Virus record (IMG/VR): IMGVR_UViG_3300045921_000191
Coordinates: 1-64,000 of that record
Reading direction: 5' to 3' (one strand)
Source: a virus
DNA length: 64,000 bases
Shown here: positions 50,915-61,420 of the stretch, one piece after another
Numbering within the stretch: the stretch's first letter is position 1
Layout: each line of letters opens with the position of its first letter
Program-made: the position numbers and the translations under genes
The notes under the pieces: model-generated
Told to the model about the DNA's origin: nothing
What the model saw: only the letters and a program-made list of their open reading frames with translations
The model's database searches: none

Positions 50915-52860
50915 TAGGTGCTCTCAAAAATGATGTTGTTACTGTTGTCTAGTCTCATTTCCACTAGAGTTCCATCGGGCCTGCGAAGAAGCACGCCACG
51001 ACCAGCTAACGATCTATCCACAGAAGGATCTGTTGAACCCAAATGATTGGCTGCAATCGTTGCCGCATTGTAGTCCGAATTATCAAATCCGCTTCCTTGA
51101 GATTGATCAAATATTAATTTAAACTTTTGACCTGCGTGTACAAATTGTCCACTTGGGAAAGTTACAGCATTACCATTGAGTCCGAACATTCCATAACGAT
51201 ATACTTGACCAGTAAATCCGTCATAAACTTTCAGATAACGAGCATCAGGTAGGAAATTAGTAATAGTAAAAGAGGTAGTATTTGCGTCCCCGTCTACTTC
51301 AAAGGCTTGAATAGCGTCATCGCCTGTTACTACGTTTGCAATCTTCTCTGCGTAAAATACTGCGTATCCGTTTAACTTACGATTCGCAGCACTCGAAATA
51401 ACCTTGACTCGTAGATCATACACATGACCTCTAAGTAGATAGGTAAGAGATACGCCAGAAGAAGTAGACCAAGTCGTGCCGTTGAAAATAGAACTGTTAT
51501 TAGGACCTGCACTATTAGCTCTCCATCGCAATGCGGTTGTGGAAGTAACAAAACTATTCTTATACGCTGCGTCAGTAATTACTGATAACCAATATGTGCC
51601 AGCGGGTAGAATTGCTTTTAAATCGCTAAGAACTACGGTATTGTCGCCTGCTGACAAAGATGAAATGCTTTGAGGAGACGATTCGTAAATCAGATCTGTT
51701 TGAGCAGTGGAGGGTTGTCCAGCACTGTCTCGCACCAATCTAACTCTAAAAGTACCAAGAGGAGATCCTACCTTATTCAGGTAAGTAGTGATTTCTCTGA
51801 CGGCAGTTTTAGTAGATAGTGTAAAAGGAGTAGCTCTGCTTTGCGCTGTTGAAGCGTTTAACTCTTGATCCGAGTTTTCGTTAACTGCTGCATACTCGTC
51901 TTGGTTAGCTAAGGCTGGTTCTGCTAGAACTTTATATCCACGAAAACGCTCAGTGGTTCCAAGGCGTTCCATGTCTAAAGTCTCAAAGTTAGTGCCATCA
52001 ATTGCTACAGATACTTGCGAAGCGCTGGTTTCTTCTGAACCAGAGAACCAATCCGTAATGACTTCGATTTGACGAGAGTCTTCTTCGGTCAAAAGCCATT
52101 CTGCGTCAAACATTTGAACAGATAACAGGAACTCTGTATTGTCCATATCATAAGTGTTGTCGACTAGGTTATAACTTCCAGTGGAAGCTCCGTCGATCAA
52201 AGTATCAGTAGATTGAGCAATAACGTTAGGAGTAAGATACTCGAAGTATGAATCGAAAAGGCGAATCTTCATCTCTTCGACGAATTCGTTTGCATTTCCA
52301 GATCCAGAACCTCCTCCGCCGCCTCCGACCATTTGAAAGATCGAAGTGTTAGTGATGTTTTCTATTGTTCCAGCGTTGTTAAAGATTGAAACGTATCCAA
52401 TCTTAAAAGTGCCAGAGGGAGCAGGAGGAACGGGGGCAGACGCTTCTACAGCGTTCGATGCTCCAACTACTACTCCTAGGTTTCCGATAGCAGTCAAGTA
52501 AATAGTTACTTTGACGTATTCGTTAGGAGGACAAGTTAGAATTCCGTTGTTTCCAGGAGAAACTGTGATAGTTCCGCCAGTAGAGGCAGGAAAAGTAATG
52601 GTTCCAGAAGTGAAAGCTGGGAGTAGGCCCCCGATATGAGGAATCGTGCGGTTGCGAAGAGTTACAGGATTTTGTACTTTGATGCTGCCGATGTTAAGAA
52701 CTAGGTTAGGTGTTGCTGTTGCAAACATGTGCAGAGGCGGAGTCGCTTCTGCGTTAAGTGATCTCAAGAGATCGTCTAATTCTGTTCCAGAAGCGAGGGC
52801 AAGGCGGTTCAAGGTATCCCTTGAAATTACTTGACGAGCATCAAATTTCGTGATAGCCAT
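50914..52860 (-). CDS. tail/baseplate structural protein
   Basis: Gly hinge GGGGGGSG; beta-rich; tail block. Confidence 0.6.
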   Translation of the reverse strand: MAITKFDARQVISRDTLNRLALASGTELDDLLRSLNAEATPPLHMFATATPNLVLNIGSIKVQNPVTLRNRTIPHIGGLLPAFTSGTITFPASTGGTITVSPGNNGILTCPPNEYVKVTIYLTAIGNLGVVVGASNAVEASAPVPPAPSGTFKIGYVSIFNNAGTIENITNTSIFQMVGGGGGGSGSGNANEFVEEMKIRLFDSYFEYLTPNVIAQSTDTLIDGASTGSYNLVDNTYDMDNTEFLLSVQMFDAEWLLTEEDSRQIEVITDWFSGSEETSASQVSVAIDGTNFETLDMERLGTTERFRGYKVLAEPALANQDEYAAVNENSDQELNASTAQSRATPFTLSTKTAVREITTYLNKVGSPLGTFRVRLVRDSAGQPSTAQTDLIYESSPQSISSLSAGDNTVVLSDLKAILPAGTYWLSVITDAAYKNSFVTSTTALRWRANSAGPNNSSIFNGTTWSTSSGVSLTYLLRGHVYDLRVKVISSAANRKLNGYAVFYAEKIANVVTGDDAIQAFEVDGDANTTSFTITNFLPDARYLKVYDGFTGQVYRYGMFGLNGNAVTFPSGQFVHAGQKFKLIFDQSQGSGFDNSDYNAATIAANHLGSTDPSVDRSLAGRGVLLRRPDGTLVEMRLDNSNNIIFEST

Positions 52861-53159
52861 TAAGCACTCCTATCTACTCTGAATCTTACAGCATCTCCAA
52901 CTAGTAAGTCAAAGGTAAAAGATACCTCAGTCCTAGGCGGAGATCCTTCGTAATTATAATCAACCAACTGCTCTAATCGTTGTCCACCCAAATACACTTC
53001 TAGTTCATCAGCGGAGTAGGTGCCTGATGCGGGAAGTTCTACTGGGGTTCCAGTTAAAATGGGAGACGCTACTATGAAACTTTCATCGTAAATGGAGATC
53101 GAGCCTGCTTCATCGAAGGATCTCGGAACTCCATTTGAAAGTCTTAGAAACTTACCCAT
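52860..53159 (-). CDS. small virion structural protein
   Basis: ELEVYLGGQRL..DY motif shared with 56965-59469. Confidence 0.6.
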   Translation of the reverse strand: MGKFLRLSNGVPRSFDEAGSISIYDESFIVASPILTGTPVELPASGTYSADELEVYLGGQRLEQLVDYNYEGSPPRTEVSFTFDLLVGDAVRFRVDRSA

Positions 53160-53175
53160 TCATTAATCCTCTCTC

Positions 53176-54630
53176 TTAGTTAACGCCCATTATTTGAATT
53201 TGAACTTCAAGGTTGTTGGCATCTCGTGCCATAGCAACTTTGACCACGGCTTCGTCAGCAGCGGAAGGAGCAGTGTTTGACAAAGCTCCAGCAGCGTTCA
53301 AATAAATAGGCGCGCCTACTGTAAACCCGTGTGAAGGGGCGTTCAGCAAACCAGCCTTAGTTACCGTAACAGGATCTCCTGCGGCAAGCGAGGTAGAAGG
53401 ACGAACAAGTCCCATAACATGGAAATTATCCACAGAACTTGCATCTTTGTCCGCCTTATAAACTCTACCAGCTACAAAACCTGCGTCGGCGGCTTTAGCC
53501 CATCGAACTGCGAACAGAGTTGCAGAAGCCATTGCTTCCCCAGCGTTAAGCGTTTCTTTAAGAGACGCGGAGCCAGCTTCGACTGTAACAAGGCGATCGG
53601 CCAATTCGTCCAAATGAGCGGCAATCGAAGAACCGTCGGCAACGGTCCAATCCGAAGCATCAGCTTGGGTATGGTTAAGATCTGCCGAATCTTTTGTGGC
53701 AAAACGAGTATCAAATCGAGCATTTGTGTAGTAAAGGTTAGTCGAACCTTCATCCAAGTCGTCTGTGTCTTTAGCAGCAAAAGCTGAATCAAATCGAGCT
53801 TGTGTGTAGTAAAGGTTAGCAGCGCCTTCAGCGATATCATCAGAATCTAGCACAACAACGCCAGTCATGCCGTTTACAGACATTACTGCGTCAGCATTAT
53901 CCGTTTGTTGCCAGATCGAACCATTGTAAACTACCCAATCTCCAATAGAGAAAGTTTGGTTTCCAGATCCAAGATCTTGAGTTCCAGCAACGCTAACTCG
54001 GTAAACCATACCAGCATCGCCAGTACCGTCTTGAAGTTGGGGATCATTAGCAGAAGCATCCCAAATACCTTCGTAGGTCATTACCGCAGAAGGAAGTTGA
54101 GCTACAGGAATCTTGCCACCACCATCAAGGGTAGCAACGCCGTTTGCTGCGCCTTTTTCGGTAAGTGCAATCTTTTCAGAATCAAGTTCGTTAAGAGCAG
54201 CTTGAACGTTAGTGGCCGCTAAATTGCCAGCAGGAACAGAGCTGATTGCAGAAGCGTCGTGCGCGTCTGCTGAGTCTGCAAGGTGGTCATCGATGTCTTG
54301 TTGAGCGTCAGCAGCGTCAGACAAAGCCTGAGTAGCGTCTGCTTGTGCGGCTTGTGCTGCGTCCAACGACTCTGCCAAAGCAGCTTCTACGTTAGTAGCG
54401 GTAAATTGTGCTGCTGCGTCTTCAATGCCAACTAGCGAAGCGCCAAGAGCGTTCGCATTAGAAGCAAGGTCTGTACGAATTGCAAGAAGCGAATCGAGTA
54501 ATGCTTTAGTCAGTTCAGTGGGAGACGAAGTTCCTACTTTAAGTGACCCAACAATAAGGGAGTTTTGAGAAAGGTCCACATGACGTTGTATGCCTGCGAC
54601 CAGTCTTGAGAGTCTTGAAATATCGGCCAT
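53176..54630 (-). CDS. tail fibre-like protein
   Basis: ATNV.AAL.E repeats, GVATLD..GKIP..QLP, D...EG..NLYYT.ARF x2. Confidence 0.75.
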   Translation of the reverse strand: MADISRLSRLVAGIQRHVDLSQNSLIVGSLKVGTSSPTELTKALLDSLLAIRTDLASNANALGASLVGIEDAAAQFTATNVEAALAESLDAAQAAQADATQALSDAADAQQDIDDHLADSADAHDASAISSVPAGNLAATNVQAALNELDSEKIALTEKGAANGVATLDGGGKIPVAQLPSAVMTYEGIWDASANDPQLQDGTGDAGMVYRVSVAGTQDLGSGNQTFSIGDWVVYNGSIWQQTDNADAVMSVNGMTGVVVLDSDDIAEGAANLYYTQARFDSAFAAKDTDDLDEGSTNLYYTNARFDTRFATKDSADLNHTQADASDWTVADGSSIAAHLDELADRLVTVEAGSASLKETLNAGEAMASATLFAVRWAKAADAGFVAGRVYKADKDASSVDNFHVMGLVRPSTSLAAGDPVTVTKAGLLNAPSHGFTVGAPIYLNAAGALSNTAPSAADEAVVKVAMARDANNLEVQIQIMGVN

Positions 54631-54635
54631 TTGGG

Positions 54636-54839
54636 TTAGTTTCCTTGTTTCTTATCGAAATCTTTGGGTTTGATTTCAAACTGCATCATGGCTTTCATAC
54701 CGTAAACTTCCAAGATGCGGTTTGCTTGTTCGCATGCGTTATCGCATAGTTCTCGTAGTTTCTGTCCGATTGCTTCACTAAGTTGTTGAAGTTGTTCATC
54801 AGATAGATTCTCTGCATTTACGCGGCGTTCTCTGTTCAT
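54636..54839 (-). CDS. hypothetical protein
   Basis: RBS GAGGT. Confidence 0.6.
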   Translation of the reverse strand: MNRERRVNAENLSDEQLQQLSEAIGQKLRELCDNACEQANRILEVYGMKAMMQFEIKPKDFDKKQGN

Positions 54840-54884
54840 AGTATACCTCGATTCTTTCTGGGTTTTCTTTCCTATGTAAATGTA

Positions 54885-55958
54885 TTAAAGTTGTCCAACT
54901 AGTTGAATATTAACATGTAAATCCTTCAAAGATGGGTTAGAAGAATTCTCCATAATAGTTCCGATCTTTATTACAAAATCGCCCTCTTCAAATCCTCCTG
55001 ATCCAATATCAGGCTCTACGTCTGTTATTCCGCCAGTTTTGGATAAAAACACTGGAGATCCTACTGCAATGGCAGTACTAACGTCCTCTAAAATGCCACT
55101 CAAAACTACCACACCAGAGGCAGAGTCCGCTGTATTAGCTTTAACTACTCCAATGGTAGATAAGGCTTCGGCTTCTACGGAAGGATCTATCTCGTCCATC
55201 TCACCGTCTGAATTAACTCTTACTGGAGTGAGTTTGGTAATAGTGGACCCAGAGTTGTTATCCATCTCTTTTTCAAGAGCATTTGACGCACCGCCTCCAC
55301 CACCTGCTTCTTGAATCGCTGCGTCAATTAAGAAATTATCCCTATTTCTTATAACAGTCCTAGCTGCATCAGAAATAGGAGATCCTTGAAATAAAGCAAA
55401 ATTAGAAGTAGATCTGTATAAACTGGCCTGCCCTGCGGCTGGAGTAATTCCTACTTTCTCAACCTCCTGTATTACAACAGTAGTTGCCCATTTTGTTGTG
55501 GGATTAGAAAATGACAAAATCTTGTACTCTTTTCCTGTCGAATCAACTACTGAATCTCCTATCTCGGAGGCATTCGCCGAAGAGGAAGAGTCCCAACTAG
55601 CGGTCACAGTATAACTAAAATTTGGACCAGAAAGTAAAACAGCAGAATTTAAAGTTCCAGCAGTTCGCACAGCAGGTCTAAGATCGACTTGTCCTGGAGT
55701 AGCTATTGTAGAGTTGTAGTCGTCATCTTCTACTGGGAGTACATTGTTAGATAAGGCCGTCACGGTTACTACGTCGCCGTCTCCTACGGGTAGCGAAGTT
55801 GAGTTCGCTATCTCGTAAGTATTCATCGCTGTGTCCGTTATTACATCACCGTGTCTTGTAAATTTGGCGCTTGAGGCTGGGGAATAGTACAGTTCGATTG
55901 TATAAGTATTTCCTGCTATAAAAGTCGGATTAAAAATAAAAACAGATGTTGATAACAT
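54885..55958 (-). CDS. virion structural/fibre protein
   Basis: Gly hinge; C-terminal domain resembles that of 53176-54630. Confidence 0.6.
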   Translation of the reverse strand: MLSTSVFIFNPTFIAGNTYTIELYYSPASSAKFTRHGDVITDTAMNTYEIANSTSLPVGDGDVVTVTALSNNVLPVEDDDYNSTIATPGQVDLRPAVRTAGTLNSAVLLSGPNFSYTVTASWDSSSSANASEIGDSVVDSTGKEYKILSFSNPTTKWATTVVIQEVEKVGITPAAGQASLYRSTSNFALFQGSPISDAARTVIRNRDNFLIDAAIQEAGGGGGASNALEKEMDNNSGSTITKLTPVRVNSDGEMDEIDPSVEAEALSTIGVVKANTADSASGVVVLSGILEDVSTAIAVGSPVFLSKTGGITDVEPDIGSGGFEEGDFVIKIGTIMENSSNPSLKDLHVNIQLVGQL

Positions 55959-55968
55959 TTTTAAACTC

Positions 55969-56952
55969 TTAAGCTAAGCTTACTAGTTTTACAAAAATTA
56001 TTACTTTAAAAGACGCGTCAGTAGAGGCTACCAAATCTGCTATAGAAAAGCTGTTTAAAGATATATTAGCTTTAACGTTTGCGTCAGCAAACTTGTTAAC
56101 TAAATCGTAACGTTGAACAGCAGCAGGACCTGAGTCTCTGACTTGCATTATCGAAACTAAAGCAGGCATCATGGCTAAACCGTGAGTTACAGCTAGATCT
56201 GCTGCCGTAGAATGTATGCCAGTAATGGCTGCGACTGATGCTGGTTGAACTGACCATCCAGCTGGAACTGAGGTAAAGCCGTCAGCAATTCTAGTTGCTA
56301 AATCTGATCCTGCACCTAATTTAATGACAAATTCATTAGAAGATCCACCGCCCTCCGCTAAAGCTGCAATAGCCTGTGCAGTTCTAAGAGGAGTCATGAG
56401 TTTATCATTCACTGCTCCAGCTTCCGCTTCACTCTGTGAAGCAATAGACGCAGAGATTGTAATATCGTTAGCGTTTTGAGCTGTTGCAAGAGGGGCAGAA
56501 GCGATCAAAGATCGCATCTCAAAATTTACTCCAGTCTTTTGTTTAAAAACTTGAGCTCCTGAGCCAAGGTTAGAAGCGGTATTAGCTTCGCCGCTTCCTC
56601 CGCCAGAGGCTGAGATTTCAATATCATCAGCATTTTCAGTAACGGTTACGTTAGCTCCAGCTTTAATTTTTCTAAATTGAAGTTGAACGCCTGACTTTTG
56701 TTTAAAAACTCCAGCTCCAGTAGCGCCTACGTTAGAGCCTGTGTTGGTTTCCCCGCCACCTCCGCCGCCTATAGGAGATCCACCGCTAGTAAGCTGGACC
56801 TCGTTTCCATTGCTGTCGATATACATACCTTCAGCAACTCCGTTAATTACTTTAACGCCCCAAGCGCCTTTGCTTGCGCCAGTGGTTGGTGCAGACGAGT
56901 ACGCGCTTTGTGAAAGCGGTTCTGGAGAAAGTTGATTTGGTTTAATGGCCAT
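55969..56952 (-). CDS. tail fibre-like protein
   Basis: Two NT.SN.G....VFKQK.G...R.. repeats with Gly hinges. Confidence 0.65.
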   Translation of the reverse strand: MAIKPNQLSPEPLSQSAYSSAPTTGASKGAWGVKVINGVAEGMYIDSNGNEVQLTSGGSPIGGGGGGETNTGSNVGATGAGVFKQKSGVQLQFRKIKAGANVTVTENADDIEISASGGGSGEANTASNLGSGAQVFKQKTGVNFEMRSLIASAPLATAQNANDITISASIASQSEAEAGAVNDKLMTPLRTAQAIAALAEGGGSSNEFVIKLGAGSDLATRIADGFTSVPAGWSVQPASVAAITGIHSTAADLAVTHGLAMMPALVSIMQVRDSGPAAVQRYDLVNKFADANVKANISLNSFSIADLVASTDASFKVIIFVKLVSLA

Positions 56953-56964
56953 GATAATCCCTCG

Positions 56965-59469
56965 TTACTTCCTGATGAAAGTAAAGACTTCCGAAACTGT
57001 TGCGGCGGAAGCCAATGTTATTGAAGTTGTACTAGTTTCTTGATAGCGATCAGTCGCTGAGCCAAGAGACAGCGAGTTAAACATAAGAACTCCGTTTCTA
57101 TAAACAAGTAGTTCACCAGTACCCACTGTATAAGTAGGAACTGAAAGAACGGTTCCGCTCAAACCAGATTGATCATATCGATATTGAGGAACATCTTCAT
57201 ACATTACCACAAGAACATCTGAAGCTACTAGAGCAACTGCTAAAGTAATTGAAGTGGCCGAAGTTTCTGTGTACTGATCTACAGCAGAACCTAGAGCCGA
57301 AGCGTTCATCAAAACCCCGTTTCTAAAAACCCTAAGAGAGTTGTTTCCAACTGTATAAGCTGGGACTGAAATAGAGGTTCCAGAAAGTCCCGTCATTTCG
57401 ATTCTATAGTTTGGTTTATCGTAATTATGAATTAACGAGAACACGTCGGTTCCCACTGCTGCTGCTCCGAGTTTCAAAGTTGAATCGCTGAGTTCAGTAT
57501 AACGTGCCGCTGCAATGTCTAGAGTCGCAGTATTAACCATTAGTAGTCCGTTTCGATAAGCCTCTAACCTATTAGAACCAGTATTGTAATCTGCTCCTGT
57601 AGGAATAATGTTGCTAGTCTGACCGCTAACTAGGTTATGAAAGAAGTTGTAATTCTGACTTCCAGATTGAGCAATAACAATATCATCGCCAACTTGAGTG
57701 ATACTAATTCCAGCTCCAGCCAACAGTCTGCGAAGTTCCATATTAGAACCAGCGACTTGTTTAAATACGTTTCCAGTTCCAGTTCCAACGTTAACTCCAG
57801 AAGTTACGCCTGCGCCGCTGCCTGCATTAAAGCCTCCAAGAGTACCAATGCGGAAAGTAATAACATCATCGACCGTAAGGTCCATGTTAATTTCGATTTC
57901 ATTACTGAGGGTATCAACTGCGCCGACCTCTAACCAATCAGTTCCTAATCGAAGATACTGACCATTAAGGAAGAGTTCTAAAATACCACGACCAACTACG
58001 TACTCTTCAATCGTGTTAGAGTCTCTACTATCTAACGGAAGAGTAATAATGGTTCCAGCAATTACTGGTCCAGTAATTTCATGGTCGTCAGCAGGCGCTC
58101 CAGAAACAACTGTTACCGTTTCGTCGTAGATGTTACCTTGAATAGCAAGTCCAAGAGCGTTAATGTTATCGGTGTTGGTGGAGATCGCTTCTACTAAATG
58201 ATCGCTAGTAGAGAATGTATTAGTGAAAATATTAGGATTAGGTGTGATCGAGTATGGAACGCTAGTGGCTGTCTCGGGATTAAATCCAAGTAGCATTTGA
58301 AGAGTACGAGTCGTCTCGTCATTAATTTGTTTTTCTTCGCCAGGTTCCAACTCACCCATACCGCGAAGATATACGCGAGTACCTTCTCGGTAAGCAAGCC
58401 AGTATGTTTGTTCTGAAAGAGGAACGCTTCCACGAGGAGAAACTTTGTAATTAGTGGATAAAGCTCCGACTCCATCATAAACAATGTTTGCGGTGGGGCT
58501 AGGAAGGGATACGTATAAAACTTCTTGGTCAGAAAGTGCAATGGCGTTTGCGCCATCTTGACGAGTAAGGAATATGTTCGAACTATCATTGAGTGCTCGA
58601 ATAGCAGATAGTTGATCGGAATCTAAAGGAGTTCCAGAGTCATCAGTGATACTAAGAGCTGAACCGTCCCAAGAGAATCTAGCGCTAGAAGATAATCCTA
58701 CTAAAGTACTGAGTCCAGTGTTTTGAAATACCGCAGGTGGTGAAACGATAGAAGCTTCATACCAATAATTAGTACCTTTAGACTCTCGAATAGAGTCCAT
58801 AACGGCATCAGCCCATTGTTTAAAGTTTTTAAGATCTTTATCGGCACCAGTAAATTGAGTGACTGGGGGTTCGGTTCTAGAAGCCCAAGGATGAGAGTAA
58901 CCAGCGTTGCCGCTTCGCCCAAGTCTCCAGAACATGTTTCTGGAATCTCTAATTGCAGTAATGATACCGCTTCCGTTTACGTCAACTTCACAAATTCTAA
59001 CTTTGTCAGGATCGCCAGTAAAGTTAGTGGTTGAAATGTTTAGAGAAGCTTTTAAAAAGATAAAAGTATCTACGATCTGAGAAAACTCTCCGCCAGCTCC
59101 GCCATTAGCTGTTTGGTCCCAAAAAGCACGAGAGTCAGCACCACCAGTATCCTGGTCTACGGATATTTCAATGTAGTTTGTTGCGCTAGGCGTCAAAGAT
59201 GCAGTGGACAGGTTTGAAAGGCTTGGAGCCCCGATGTACATTACCCCGTCATCCTCTCCAATGAGAAGGGTAGAGCCAGCTAAAACGATGTCGAGAGTGT
59301 CAGTGCCAATCCCAGAAGCTTCAAAACCAGAGATAACAAAGTTGCCGCTGGTCCAAACATTCTTATGAATAGCTTTAAAATCGGCGCAAACAAAGTCCTC
59401 AATATTATTGAAGTCTGGGCGATCCAGGCGCTCGTTTGGAAGAATTCTGACGCGTTGCAATAAAGCCAT
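56965..59469 (-). CDS. tail fibre/baseplate attachment protein
   Basis: Three C-terminal Y..G...L..YRNG.LM...Y.E.S.T repeats; follows the wedge gene. Confidence 0.65.
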   Translation of the reverse strand: MALLQRVRILPNERLDRPDFNNIEDFVCADFKAIHKNVWTSGNFVISGFEASGIGTDTLDIVLAGSTLLIGEDDGVMYIGAPSLSNLSTASLTPSATNYIEISVDQDTGGADSRAFWDQTANGGAGGEFSQIVDTFIFLKASLNISTTNFTGDPDKVRICEVDVNGSGIITAIRDSRNMFWRLGRSGNAGYSHPWASRTEPPVTQFTGADKDLKNFKQWADAVMDSIRESKGTNYWYEASIVSPPAVFQNTGLSTLVGLSSSARFSWDGSALSITDDSGTPLDSDQLSAIRALNDSSNIFLTRQDGANAIALSDQEVLYVSLPSPTANIVYDGVGALSTNYKVSPRGSVPLSEQTYWLAYREGTRVYLRGMGELEPGEEKQINDETTRTLQMLLGFNPETATSVPYSITPNPNIFTNTFSTSDHLVEAISTNTDNINALGLAIQGNIYDETVTVVSGAPADDHEITGPVIAGTIITLPLDSRDSNTIEEYVVGRGILELFLNGQYLRLGTDWLEVGAVDTLSNEIEINMDLTVDDVITFRIGTLGGFNAGSGAGVTSGVNVGTGTGNVFKQVAGSNMELRRLLAGAGISITQVGDDIVIAQSGSQNYNFFHNLVSGQTSNIIPTGADYNTGSNRLEAYRNGLLMVNTATLDIAAARYTELSDSTLKLGAAAVGTDVFSLIHNYDKPNYRIEMTGLSGTSISVPAYTVGNNSLRVFRNGVLMNASALGSAVDQYTETSATSITLAVALVASDVLVVMYEDVPQYRYDQSGLSGTVLSVPTYTVGTGELLVYRNGVLMFNSLSLGSATDRYQETSTTSITLASAATVSEVFTFIRK

Positions 59470-59528
59470 TTTATCCTAAATCCTTATTATATATTCCAGT
59501 CCAGTTTATCATATAAGTCTTCATTTTA

Positions 59529-61418
59529 TCAGAACACCAGAGGTCCCGAACCAGAAAGACTTCCGACTTGATCTGGACTAGTTGATGGTTCACAGCCTCG
59601 ACAAACACACTCAAATAACACTTCGGGAAACTCAATAATGAATCTAACGACTACGCCTGCCGCTAATAACGATCTTATCAGAGATTGAGCGGCTGTTCTA
59701 GCTTCTTCTGTTCCTACTATGTAGACTGGATAATCGTCCCCTGTTACGCGAGGGAGTGTAGGTTGGTCTGAAATAAAATTTACTTTACTTCCTGGCAAGT
59801 GCTCTTTACCAAATACATAACTGGCGTCAATTAGTAGGGTGGAGTTATTAGGCCTACTGTTGTATGTAATTGGTCCTTCTTGTTTAGATCTGCCAAAGTC
59901 TAATAGTATCTTTCCACTTTGATTTGGAAAAATACTAGCATTATTAAGTACTAAGCTAGGAGATACTTGACCTTCATTTACAGTTGCGGCTAGTTCTGAA
60001 GCAATTCCAGTAACAGTGAATAACTGCCCAACAGGATCGAAAATATAAGCAGAAGGATAGTTAGTTTGGATCAAATCGGGATCTTGCTGCAATGCGGTAT
60101 CAAAAAGCAAAACCGTATTAGAGGTGCCGCCCGTGATTTGGTATTCAGAGCTGCCGACGGTAGTTCTAAGTCCGACTCGTTTGTAGTTTCCCGCAATTCC
60201 ATCAGTAAAAGCTTGCAAAAAGCTAAGTTGAGAGTTTATTTGAGCAACTATCTCTTCAGAAGTTACAGCGGATACGTTTCCAAACTCTGAATGAGTAAAG
60301 GTTACTACATAAGGTGAACCATCAATATCTAGGTTTAGAGTTGAGGAAGCGCCTAGAGCGCTAAAGTCGAATACTTCTTTTTCGGAGAAGATCTCAGTTT
60401 TGGTTTCTTTTGGATGAACGGAGCCCTTTAAGCTTCTACGAAGAACTGGAACAGAACTAGGAATCTTAATTACAACTTCGTTAGGGTTAAGCTCATATAC
60501 GGCAGCTCTTACTTCAGTCATTTTTTCTAAAGAGAAATTTAGTCTAGATGGCGAGTTTGCAGTTCCACCATGTATCTGAATGCTTCCGAGTAGTCCAGGT
60601 GTATTGGTTCTAAGGTTTAATTTATTTCCAGACAAAGGGTCCACAAACACGCTAGCAGTAATGTTCCCATTATGCTCTACGTTTGAGTTGATAAAATTAA
60701 CAAGTTCTTGAACAGAGATGTTGGTAATATCCTCGAATGCGTTTGGAATGAAACGAATCATTCGACGGTCTCGACCATTATCGACTTCATAGTCTAGCTC
60801 TAAGGGATCTACTATAGCCACTGTAGCAGCTACTGCTACTAGATTTTCAACTACTTTAGATAGAATAATCTCAGTATTTGAGACTACTGCTGAAACTTTG
60901 TAGTAGTTTTTATCAGAAAATCCGATAGGTTTTATATATTGGCCAACAGTTACTTCGCTTAAAAACGCAGAACCAACTCCGATGACTCGGTTTGAATTCT
61001 TTTTAAAAGTTGCAGTTCCAGAAAGAGTTCCTGCGGGTCCAAAATTAAAACTCTCTTCGTTACCGCTATTGATATTAGGTCTAGTAAATCCACTTCCCCA
61101 AAATACGTCTAACAATGCTATTAAAGTTTTACGAACCTGTTTAGGATAGTAAGACAGAACTGGAATTAGTTTTCTAAAGTCGGCATCTTCTATGCCAAGT
61201 TCTGGACCACGAGATACTCCAACGTTGCTAGCTAGCATGTCTAGATATCTTGCCGAAGCAGTGTCTACAAAGATTTGATCTTTAGTTTCTTTAATCTGCA
61301 CTTCTACTTCATCGTCACTTACAGCCCAAGCCTTAAGCAAGCCGCGAATCATAGTGTTCACCTCCGCTTTGTAAAGCGAGGGTAATGACTTACTCATCCT
61401 GGTAAATTTATCCGCCAT
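59529..61418 (-). CDS. baseplate wedge protein (gpI-like)
   Basis: TAS.RYLD.LA.N.GV.R...D..FR; C-terminal L.AAGV. Confidence 0.65.
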   Translation of the reverse strand: MADKFTRMSKSLPSLYKAEVNTMIRGLLKAWAVSDDEVEVQIKETKDQIFVDTASARYLDMLASNVGVSRGPELGIEDADFRKLIPVLSYYPKQVRKTLIALLDVFWGSGFTRPNINSGNEESFNFGPAGTLSGTATFKKNSNRVIGVGSAFLSEVTVGQYIKPIGFSDKNYYKVSAVVSNTEIILSKVVENLVAVAATVAIVDPLELDYEVDNGRDRRMIRFIPNAFEDITNISVQELVNFINSNVEHNGNITASVFVDPLSGNKLNLRTNTPGLLGSIQIHGGTANSPSRLNFSLEKMTEVRAAVYELNPNEVVIKIPSSVPVLRRSLKGSVHPKETKTEIFSEKEVFDFSALGASSTLNLDIDGSPYVVTFTHSEFGNVSAVTSEEIVAQINSQLSFLQAFTDGIAGNYKRVGLRTTVGSSEYQITGGTSNTVLLFDTALQQDPDLIQTNYPSAYIFDPVGQLFTVTGIASELAATVNEGQVSPSLVLNNASIFPNQSGKILLDFGRSKQEGPITYNSRPNNSTLLIDASYVFGKEHLPGSKVNFISDQPTLPRVTGDDYPVYIVGTEEARTAAQSLIRSLLAAGVVVRFIIEFPEVLFECVCRGCEPSTSPDQVGSLSGSGPLVF

Positions 61419-61420
61419 AT